A DNA stretch of 32,000 nucleotides from Faecalibaculum rodentium (GTDB lineage Bacteria > Bacillota_I > Bacilli_A > Erysipelotrichales > Erysipelotrichaceae). Shown here one piece after another: positions 1-7,060 of this stretch. How positions within the stretch are numbered: position 1 is the stretch's first letter; each line of letters begins with the position of its first letter. Position numbers and translations under genes: made by a program. The notes under the pieces are model-generated. The model was not told the DNA's origin, made no database searches, and was given only the letters and a program-made list of their open reading frames with translations. The DNA lies in NCBI RefSeq assembly GCF_001564455.1, contig NZ_CP011391.1, positions 2,100,001 to 2,132,000 of the forward strand, in the 5' to 3' direction.

Positions 1-187
1 AAAAGAGAATCGAAACAAGTGAAGGAAATATCTTAAATAGAACTGACTATTCCGATAACCTTTAGAATATTTATATTTAACAATATTATCATTAATGCAC
101 TGATTAAAGTGTTATTTTATACTGTCAGACCGCTTATTTGATATAGAGCGAAATTTGCAATTTTTCAGTCTTTCACACTATCTCAGT

Positions 188-3052
188 TCACCAACTCTCC
201 ACCACCATCTCCAGCAGCTCCGCAGCTGCCACTTTATCCTTCACCCGAATCAGATGGTTCCAGGCATCCTCCGGACCTAACAGGTTGATGCCGCCATCCC
301 ACACCAGTTCCCTGTCGATCACCGCAAACGGATCAACCGGATCATCCAGCTCCCGGACGGAAAAACCTGCTTCTTTCAACCGGCGGATCGCTGCATCCTT
401 GGTCCCTTCCCAGCCATCATCGGCAGTAGTGAAAATGACAACGTCCACTTCATTCCTGCCTTCCATAGCCTGAAGCACTTTCTCTGCCCTGGAAAGAGTG
501 ATGGCAGGACTGGAAATTACGACTTCCTTTCTGGACTCCCGGAGATCCTGGAGGAAGGCATCCAGATAGTTGTCCAGGTCGAATATCGCATTGACGGTCT
601 GGGATACCGCAGGATCTGTTGTCTGCAGCTGCCAGGCCGCCTTTTTGTATGTCTTCAGACGCTTTCGATACATCCCCTGGAATACCGGAATCCGCCGGTC
701 AATGTAGTCATATACCTGCACTGTCTTCTTTCCGGGGTAGTCCCTGTTCAGCCGGCCGAGGAACTGCAGAAGCAGCCCTTCAAAGGCAATGGGTGATACA
801 AGAAACAGGGTATCGAGCCGGGGATAGCTGAATCCTTCTCCGATTTTCTGGCCTGTGGCAATGATGAGAACTGATTCGTTGTCCGGAACTCTCTTCAGCT
901 GACTCAGCTGTTCCCTGTTCTCTTTCTCAGAGTTGTCTCCATAAACCAGGAACAGATGATCTGCACTTCCTTCCAGGTGTCTGGCCAGCGTGGCTGCATG
1001 TGATTTCAGCCTTACGAATATGGCACAGGTATGACCTTCTGCAAGGGCCTGACGGACATCACCTGCAATCAGTTCGTTTCTCACAGGATCCTGTGCAATG
1101 TATTCATACAGCTCGTAGATGGCTGGCTTTTCTTCCCGCAGGCAGAGGCTGCGGGTAAACCGCGGGATAAGGAGCCTCTGCAGGTTCTGGCTCTTCGCCT
1201 TATCCATGGCACTGTAGGTGTGCCGAATATCGCCAATGAACATGGTGATAAGAGGATCCAGCTTGTCCGCCCGTTTCGGTGTGGCTGTCATGCCGTAGAG
1301 ATACGCAGGAGAAATCCGGTCCAGGATCTTTCGAAAGGTCGGAGATGCTGCATGGTGGCATTCATCCACGATGACCATTCCATAGCGGTCAGGAATGGAA
1401 TCCATGTTTCCCAGTGTCTGTGCCATGGCGATATCCACAAGGCCTGTCATGGTGTTTTTGGATCCCTTCAGGACACCGATGTGGCTTTTTCGCCTTCTGG
1501 TTTTCCCAGCCTTTGTCCGATACTCCGGAAGGGGTTCATCAAATTTCAAAAACTCCTCCAGCTCTTGCTGCCACTGTTCCAGAAGTGCGGTCTTTTCAAT
1601 GAGAATCAGCGTATTGACCTTCCTGTGCGCTATCAGGCTGGCTGCCACAACGGTTTTTCCGAAGGAAGTGGCGGCAGAGAGAATTCCATAGTCGTATTTC
1701 AGCAGTTCTTCCTGCGCTGCCTGCTGTTCCTGTCGGAGCGAACCCTGGAATTCAACGCGAAGCCATGCTCCCTTTTGCCGTTTGTCTCTGATCCGATAGT
1801 CGATGCGGCTGCTTTCCAGCCGGTGTTTCAGCGTATCCCGTATTCCACGGGGCAGCCGGATATAGCCGTCCACATCGCTGCCGATATACAGGATGCGGGG
1901 TGTGTTCCAGTTGGAATATCCAAAGCGTGTGTTCTCATACCAGGCGGGATTTGCCATGGCTGCCAGATTCCGAATCTGATTCTGCAGTCTGGGATGGAGT
2001 GTGAGGGCATCTACATAGATGCCATCGGCGAGGATGATGGTCAGAGTTCCATAGACATCTTCGGGATGGAATTCACTGTTCTGCTTCCAGGGATCCGGGC
2101 GATACTGGCTAGTCATAGCCAGTCTTCCCGTCTCAACCGCAAGTTCCTGGCCCCAGGTTTGGATATACTGCTCCATTTGTTCTCTGGTGAGCTTCTGACA
2201 CTCTTTCATGGCCTGCCACTGGTCGGGGATGGCATTCCAGTGTTCATCCACAAACGCTGTGTTGCCTTCTGTCAGCGAAGCACCGTGGAGGGGCAGTGCG
2301 ATGAGACTGCCGAGATCCTCTGTCTGGTCCTGTGCGGGAAACATCCGGTCGTAACACTGGTAGGACCTGAGAGGAACCAGCTGGCTGCCTTTGTTCAGCA
2401 GCAGCATACCAAACTGCCTGGCTGTGGAAGCTTTGACAGGTTCCTTGAAAAAGATCCAGACATGAGATCCCTTTCCGGAACGGGATCTTTCCACAAGGCA
2501 GTTGATTCCCAGCTGGGTGCAGATCATCCGCAGGGTTTCAGCTTCCTTCCTCGTCTGGGCTGGATCAGAGGCTTCGCTGTGAGCGTCAAAGTCAAAAACC
2601 AGAAACCGGCAGGTCCCATCAGGATGCAGTGGATAGATTCCAACAGGATTTGAGGACCCCAGCAGATGCCGGAGCAGGATTTTAGGGTTGATTGCCTCCC
2701 AGCCCCTGTGCAGACACTTGCTGCAGGGAGATTTTGGATTCGTGTGTTTAGGACAGACGCCGGCATTCCAGCGATACAGACACTGGGGATACCATCCTCC
2801 GTTTTTGCCTCGTTTGGCGTACACATCCATGCGGCCCCAGAACATAGAAAAGAAGAATCGGACCATGTATTCGGTGATCCATGGAAACTGGATCCGGGCT
2901 CCCTGATCCGGATCTGTATCAGGGGCTGATGGCATGGGCACTGGCAAGGATATATCATGAGACTCAAGCTGTTTTCTTAATTGTCTGTTTTCCTGTTCGA
3001 GACTTCGATATTTCTTTGCGAGTTCAATCAATGCCTGTTGAAGATATTCCAT
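188..3052 (-). CDS. AEP (archaeo-eukaryotic primase-polymerase) domain fused to an SF2 DEAD/DEAH-type helicase plus an extra C-terminal domain. Conflict-system type protein; resembles what I recall RefSeq naming TOTE conflict system AEP primase domain protein.
   Basis: Single 977-codon ORF (188..3121). Coiled coil LEQENRQLRKQLE. Cys cluster CPKHTNPKSPCSKCLH. AEP motifs FLVFDFDAH and SRSGKGSHVWIFF. Helicase motifs AATSFGKTVVAA (Walker A), VIVDECHH (II), GMTATP (III), QFLGRLNR (VI). The start is uncertain: no SD precedes TTG 3121, ATG 3082 or ATG 3052. I chose 3052 because it opens the coiled coil. Confidence 0.85.
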   Translation of the reverse strand: MEYLQQALIELAKKYRSLEQENRQLRKQLESHDISLPVPMPSAPDTDPDQGARIQFPWITEYMVRFFFSMFWGRMDVYAKRGKNGGWYPQCLYRWNAGVCPKHTNPKSPCSKCLHRGWEAINPKILLRHLLGSSNPVGIYPLHPDGTCRFLVFDFDAHSEASDPAQTRKEAETLRMICTQLGINCLVERSRSGKGSHVWIFFKEPVKASTARQFGMLLLNKGSQLVPLRSYQCYDRMFPAQDQTEDLGSLIALPLHGASLTEGNTAFVDEHWNAIPDQWQAMKECQKLTREQMEQYIQTWGQELAVETGRLAMTSQYRPDPWKQNSEFHPEDVYGTLTIILADGIYVDALTLHPRLQNQIRNLAAMANPAWYENTRFGYSNWNTPRILYIGSDVDGYIRLPRGIRDTLKHRLESSRIDYRIRDKRQKGAWLRVEFQGSLRQEQQAAQEELLKYDYGILSAATSFGKTVVAASLIAHRKVNTLILIEKTALLEQWQQELEEFLKFDEPLPEYRTKAGKTRRRKSHIGVLKGSKNTMTGLVDIAMAQTLGNMDSIPDRYGMVIVDECHHAASPTFRKILDRISPAYLYGMTATPKRADKLDPLITMFIGDIRHTYSAMDKAKSQNLQRLLIPRFTRSLCLREEKPAIYELYEYIAQDPVRNELIAGDVRQALAEGHTCAIFVRLKSHAATLARHLEGSADHLFLVYGDNSEKENREQLSQLKRVPDNESVLIIATGQKIGEGFSYPRLDTLFLVSPIAFEGLLLQFLGRLNRDYPGKKTVQVYDYIDRRIPVFQGMYRKRLKTYKKAAWQLQTTDPAVSQTVNAIFDLDNYLDAFLQDLRESRKEVVISSPAITLSRAEKVLQAMEGRNEVDVVIFTTADDGWEGTKDAAIRRLKEAGFSVRELDDPVDPFAVIDRELVWDGGINLLGPEDAWNHLIRVKDKVAAAELLEMVVESW

Positions 3053-3282
3053 GGCTTTATGATAACAAGTTTGTGTCGTCATAATGCAAGAAAGCCAAAC
3101 CCTATGCCCTGTCCGGAGCAAAATGCCGGTTCTTTCTCAGGTGTCTGAATCTCTGCTATACTCAGGAAGACTCAGGAAAAATTGCTGCAACAGTAACGTG
3201 TGGATGCCTGTCGCCTGCTTTGGATAAAGCGGGTGAATCATGGCGTATCCCTGCTTCTGTGCAGAGCAGGAAAGAACAGTCC

Positions 3283-3513
3283 ATGATTTTAGATGATTTG
3301 AACTTTGACGATATTGATCTGGATGTTTTGTTTGGGCGTGATTATGATGGCAAGGAATTTGACATGACGGAATATGTCGGTGTATGGAATGGATATGATG
3401 TGTATCTCGGGTATGCAGATGGAGAAGATCATGTCCTGCTGGTCAAGGGGAAACGGGCGTGGTATCCCAACAGTATGGACCTCGATGAGATCAAATACAT
3501 CTTTGATCTCTGA
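3283..3513 (+). CDS. Small, strongly acidic hypothetical protein (76 aa)
   Basis: ATG at 3283 is preceded by aggaaagaac. The 97-aa ORF in the track begins at a TTG with no SD. Sequence MILDDLNFDDIDLDVLFGRDYDGKEFDM... has about 19 D/E against 6 K/R. It is transcribed divergently from the AEP-helicase gene, and a hairpin terminator follows at 3600-3644. Confidence 0.5.
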   Translation: MILDDLNFDDIDLDVLFGRDYDGKEFDMTEYVGVWNGYDVYLGYADGEDHVLLVKGKRAWYPNSMDLDEIKYIFDL

Positions 3514-3593
3514 GACTGACTGATTGACTGTCACAAGACGGGCGAGGTCGGTCGTGTCTTTCCCAGGACTGGTTTTGCTATTTTTCCTACAGC

Positions 3594-3653
3594 GATTTTA
3601 AAAAGCCTGGCGCTTTCACCACCGAAGCACCAGGCTTGTTTTTATGAATCATT
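3594..3653. repeat. Hairpin repeat copy 1 (bidirectional terminator-like): A-run, stem gcctggcgcttt/gaagcaccaggc, T-run
   Basis: The sequence gattttaaaaagcctggcgctttcaccaccgaagcaccaggcttgtttttatgaatcatt is closely similar to 5396..5451. It is a 12-bp stem with one mismatch, flanked by A5 and a T-rich run, so it can terminate transcription on either strand. Confidence 0.7.
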
Positions 3654-3896
3654 CAATTCACCTGCTTAAGGAAGTTCAAAATGAGATTCTGGCGGCAACA
3701 GAGATAGCTGTTTCAATCACAGTCATCAAAGTGTCAGGTTACCAAGCCTTCCATTTCATGATAAGAAGCTGCTATAAGAAATCCAAAAGCTGGAAACTGC
3801 TCGATTTATTGTTGGCAAACGACCAGTAGTTCGGCATATGGCCGGAGTCCACCCCATTGCGAATGAGCAGATTTCATTTCAATCGTTTCAGAAGTG

Positions 3897-4313
3897 TCAG
3901 GAATCCGATTTTCGTTCGAGCACAATATCATGATCCAGATCCAGACGACTGCAGTCAATGATTGGGAGCTTCACTTCCGATATTGTGTAGGATGTAATAG
4001 TCTGGACTGCCTCACGTACGTAAGGGAATGCAACAGCCATGAATCTTTTAATATGAGAGTTGATAGCATCAATATCATCTTCTTCAAAATCCCGAATCAG
4101 TCCCTCATCCTGCAGGGAAAAAATACTGGTAAATTCCATTGGAACTTCCTTGTCATGCTTTCCGCACAGCAAAATCTGGATCCCAACCGAGAGAAGGCGG
4201 TTTTTCCTTCTGTAATCATAACCGGTCACCCCTATTACAATTTCTTCGTAAGGATGTACTTCAGAGAGTTCATATTCAAGCTTTTCAAGCTTAAAATCCA
4301 AATAAGTAAACAT
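3897..4313 (-). CDS. SecB-like chaperone (third gene of a TAC toxin-antitoxin-chaperone module)
   Basis: 138 aa. The segment AVAFPYVREAVQTITSYTISEVKLPIIDC matches, by eye, the E. coli SecB region [29 protein letters not shown] (recalled from memory). The start lies 9 nt after the antitoxin stop and is preceded by gggggg. Confidence 0.7.
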   Translation of the reverse strand: MFTYLDFKLEKLEYELSEVHPYEEIVIGVTGYDYRRKNRLLSVGIQILLCGKHDKEVPMEFTSIFSLQDEGLIRDFEEDDIDAINSHIKRFMAVAFPYVREAVQTITSYTISEVKLPIIDCSRLDLDHDIVLERKSDS

Positions 4314-4322
4314 ATTCCCCCC

Positions 4323-4793
4323 CTACGCCTGCAGAAACACAGCTTGATTCTTAGCTCTGTCCACTGTCTCGACAGGTACGTATACATCAATCGCAGATGG
4401 TCTGCTTTGCCAGCTGTTTTCTTCAGATTCCCATTTCCCGATATCATAACAGTCAAGGGCATAGGCTCGAATCTTGTGACATTCTCTCGCTTCATCTTTT
4501 CGCTTAGGTTCAGTAACGGCGCTCTTCCTGAACTGGTACAACTCGCTCACCAGCTCGGGGTGTCGATCCAGCAGGTAAAGAGTCCTGCTGGCGGCTCCTT
4601 TGATTGGGTTGGCCCCCTGTTCCCATTTTTCAATGGTTTTTTCGCTTAGCCCCAGCATCTTTGCCATCATTCTCTGTGAAAGTCCCAGTTTCTGCCGAAG
4701 GGCTTTTGCAAAACTATTGGTCGTAATCTCTTCTGTGTTTGTAAACTCATTTTTACAAACAGGCATCTTTTTCAAAGCTTCTATATCAAACAT
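4323..4793 (-). CDS. XRE/HigA-type HTH antitoxin with a ~68-aa C-terminal extension (candidate chaperone-addiction region)
   Basis: 156 aa. HTH core FAKALRQKLGLSQRMMAKMLGLSEKTIEKWEQGANPIKGAASRTLYLL. The extra tail FRKSAVTEPKRKDEARECHKIRAYALDCYDIGKWESEENSWQSRPSAIDVYVPVETV... is rich in aromatic residues. SD gaggag lies upstream. Confidence 0.75.
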   Translation of the reverse strand: MFDIEALKKMPVCKNEFTNTEEITTNSFAKALRQKLGLSQRMMAKMLGLSEKTIEKWEQGANPIKGAASRTLYLLDRHPELVSELYQFRKSAVTEPKRKDEARECHKIRAYALDCYDIGKWESEENSWQSRPSAIDVYVPVETVDRAKNQAVFLQA

Positions 4794-4811
4794 ATTCTCT
4801 CCTCTAAATAT

Positions 4812-4832
4812 CTTCAGGTCTTTGACCTGAAG
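4812..4832. promoter_or_regulatory. Perfect 9-bp-arm palindrome cttcaggtc-ttt-gacctgaag between the toxin and antitoxin genes
   Basis: Read directly from the sequence. It lies in the 92-bp toxin-antitoxin gap, about 19 nt upstream of the antitoxin ATG and just 5' of its SD. It could be an RNA hairpin or a candidate HTH operator. Confidence 0.45.
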
Positions 4833-4885
4833 CAGTCAATCCACATCTTTCACGCCAGGGTTCCACTATTTTTTTCCGAAATCGG

Positions 4886-5311
4886 TCATTCTTTTTCACT
4901 GGCTTCCCGGACTTTCTCCAGGTTGCTGACCAATTTACGAAGCTGATTCTTCTCGTTGGATGTCAAATCAGTCTTCGGCTTCTTTCCTGCATGTTTATGA
5001 TAAATATGACAGATAAATGAAGTCTCGCAAAGAGCTGCAACCAGAATGATCCTGTATCCTCCACGTTTGCCACTATTGCGCTTTGGATCTTTGCAGCGCA
5101 TTTTATAAACAGCCAGATCCGAATATTTCTCTGACTGAATCAATCTGCTTCCAGAACGATCATTCTCGAGATCATCCGCTACATCCTGAAGTATCTGATT
5201 GTATCCTGACTGCCCAAGTCCCGTTCTCTTCAGATCTTTCTCCAGGTCAAACCCATAATCCTTCAGTTCCCGCAGGAGATCAGGACTGTCAAAAGTATCA
5301 GTCAGATTCAT
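4886..5311 (-). CDS. RelE/ParE-superfamily (HigB-like) toxin
   Basis: 141 aa. The motif VYKMRCKDPKRNSGKRGGYRIILVA...FICHIYHKHAGKKPKTDLTSNEKNQLRKLV is typical of RelE/HigB-type addiction-module toxins. It is the first gene of the toxin-antitoxin-chaperone order. Confidence 0.7.
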   Translation of the reverse strand: MNLTDTFDSPDLLRELKDYGFDLEKDLKRTGLGQSGYNQILQDVADDLENDRSGSRLIQSEKYSDLAVYKMRCKDPKRNSGKRGGYRIILVAALCETSFICHIYHKHAGKKPKTDLTSNEKNQLRKLVSNLEKVREASEKE

Positions 5312-5327
5312 AATCCATCCCCAATCG

Positions 5328-5358
5328 CCCTATTTAGTAGGGTATTCAAATCATACCA
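5328..5358 (-). promoter_or_regulatory. Candidate promoter of the TAC operon (extended -10 TGgTATGAT) followed by the small palindrome CCCTA-N5-TAGGG
   Basis: The minus strand reads tggtatgat at 5358..5350. The palindrome ccctatttagtaggg at 5328..5342 lies between the -10 and the toxin RBS. Confidence 0.4.
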
Positions 5359-5395
5359 TATTCTGCCTTTGAAAAAGATATATATTACCGTTATG

Positions 5396-5451
5396 GATTC
5401 AAAAAGCCTAGCGCTTTACTCCTGAAGCACCAGGCTCATTTTCTGTTCATT
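5396..5451. repeat. Hairpin repeat copy 2 (terminator of the FMN reductase gene)
   Basis: The sequence gattcaaaaagcctagcgctttactcctgaagcaccaggctcattttctgttcatt is a near-copy of 3594..3653, offset by 1801 bp. On the minus strand the hairpin is followed by ttttt directly after the stop of the 5451..6002 gene. Confidence 0.7.
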
Positions 5452-6002
5452 TATCCCAGTAGTGTATCGATCTGCCCTTCGAGCATTTCCTTCACACCCG
5501 GTGTCTTCATGACATCATCGCTGCCCCAGCTTTCCGGAGACAGGGCAATGCCTTCAGAACTGATCACCGTCATGCCCATGAACTTGCAAAGCAGAGACAG
5601 GTTTTTCCTTACGCCAAAGCCTGCAGCCCTGCCACCGGCGGTTGTCAGCAGCACTTTTCGGCCATAGACCGCTGTATCCGATTTATCCGCCCCGGGCTTC
5701 AGCCCCCGGGACAGCCAGTCCAGCAGGTTCTTTTCTCCGCCGGGAATCTGCCCGTTATATTCCGGGGAAAAGATCCAGATCACATTGCAGCCCATGACCT
5801 CATCCCGGACTTTCTGCACAGCTTCCGGTGTCGGGAACTCGTCATCCTGACTGAAAAACGGCACATCGAGCCACTCGATCATTTCCACCTTCTGCCCCTT
5901 TTCCTCCAGCATGGTTCTCGCAAGACTGGCCAGCTGTCTGTTGAAGCTGTTCTTTCTCCTGCTGCCCACCAGCAGCCCGATTGTATCGGTTTCATTGTTC
6001 AT
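5451..6002 (-). CDS. NAD(P)H-dependent FMN reductase family oxidoreductase
   Basis: ATG at 6002 has SD aggagg 8 nt upstream. The N-terminus LVGSRRKNSFNRQLASLA plus IWIFSPEYNGQIPGGEKNLLDWLSR are typical of this family. The longer track ORF (to 6131) lacks an SD. Confidence 0.8.
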   Translation of the reverse strand: MNNETDTIGLLVGSRRKNSFNRQLASLARTMLEEKGQKVEMIEWLDVPFFSQDDEFPTPEAVQKVRDEVMGCNVIWIFSPEYNGQIPGGEKNLLDWLSRGLKPGADKSDTAVYGRKVLLTTAGGRAAGFGVRKNLSLLCKFMGMTVISSEGIALSPESWGSDDVMKTPGVKEMLEGQIDTLLG

Positions 6003-6227
6003 TGATTGTTCCTCCTGAATGATATGGGATAAACCAGTGATTCCCGGCTTTCTCCCTCTCTCTTCAGTATAAAGGGTCAAGTGGAACGGGCTCTGTCTGG
6101 TGCCCCTGCGGTATATAGAAAAGTGTTCCACTGATTCCGGTTGTATTTGCGGTCATGACAACGGTCCTGACAACATCGTCACTCTTCCACCATCGGCACT
6201 CCCCGTCTCCACCATCCCCATCACAAA

Positions 6228-6271
6228 AAGCAGCGGCTGCCCCCTGCCCGGGAGAAACCACTGCTTTTGTT
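6228..6271 (-). terminator. Rho-independent terminator of the GRE-activase-aldolase operon
   Basis: The minus strand reads aagcagtgg-loop-ccgctgctt followed by tttt, about 25 nt after the aldolase stop. Confidence 0.55.
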
Positions 6272-6294
6272 CGTCATTCTGTTTGAAATCTGCT

Positions 6295-6999
6295 TTATTC
6301 CTCTGTCAGCTTGTCTTCGATGTCTTCACTTTCATCGAACAGAGTATCCCGCATATAGGCGCGGTTCCAGTTCACACAGAACTCACCTACGGCAATGCGC
6401 GTGGCCGGGTGGTTGATCATTTCATAGACCACATCCGCAGGCACTGTCACGGCTCCAATGCCGTTTTCAATCAGCTCGCTGACCTGGCCCACGTTTTTGA
6501 AGCTCGCCGCAATCACCTTGGAATCCAGACCGTTTTCCTTGATCATCCGGTTCAGCTTCAGGACCTCGGCAACGCCGTCACCATAGTTGCACATCCGGTT
6601 GGTATAGGGAGCCAGGTAGTTGGCACCGTTCTGCGCTGCCAGGAATCCCTGTGCAGGGGTGTAAATGGCTGTGGCCAGAGTCTTGATGCCTTCCTTGCGG
6701 CACTGTTTCAGAGCCTTGAGACCGTCACGAGAAACCGGGATCTTCACATACATGTTTTCCGGGCGCATGGCGCTGATCTTCCGGGCTTCGTCCATGATGC
6801 CTTCATAGTCTGTCTTGACGACCTGCACGAAGAGCTTCTGCTCCGGGGACAGGATGGAAATGATTTCCGGCAGCACATCCTCGGGCATCCGCCCGCTTTT
6901 TGTCAGGATCGTGGGGTTGGTGGTGACACCGGCGACTGTGATCAGTTCATTGAGATCGCGAATGCGTGCAACATCGGCTGTATCCAGCATGAATTCCAT
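6295..6999 (-). CDS. Transaldolase-family protein of the fructose-6-phosphate aldolase (Fsa/TalC) type
   Basis: 234 aa. The N-terminus MEFMLDTADVARIRDLNELITVAGVTTNPTIL and the short length are typical of the small Fsa/TalC subgroup. SD aaggagg lies upstream. Confidence 0.8.
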   Translation of the reverse strand: MEFMLDTADVARIRDLNELITVAGVTTNPTILTKSGRMPEDVLPEIISILSPEQKLFVQVVKTDYEGIMDEARKISAMRPENMYVKIPVSRDGLKALKQCRKEGIKTLATAIYTPAQGFLAAQNGANYLAPYTNRMCNYGDGVAEVLKLNRMIKENGLDSKVIAASFKNVGQVSELIENGIGAVTVPADVVYEMINHPATRIAVGEFCVNWNRAYMRDTLFDESEDIEDKLTEE

Positions 7000-7060
7000 A
7001 AGAAGTTCCTCCTTGTACCTTGTCTGTTCTATGTGATTTATCGTATCTGCCAGATCCGGG

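Noticed and set aside
1031-2653. 540-aa plus-strand ORF, along with other small ORFs, antisense to the AEP-helicase gene
   Set aside because: It lies entirely inside a much longer ORF on the opposite strand that has clear primase and helicase motifs. Its translation is low-complexity with no recognisable motifs. This is a typical shadow ORF.
3644-3829. 61-aa plus-strand ORF between hairpin repeat copy 1 and the SecB-like gene
   Set aside because: Its ATG sits inside the terminator T-run with no SD. I recognise no motifs, and the region looks like non-coding cassette flank.
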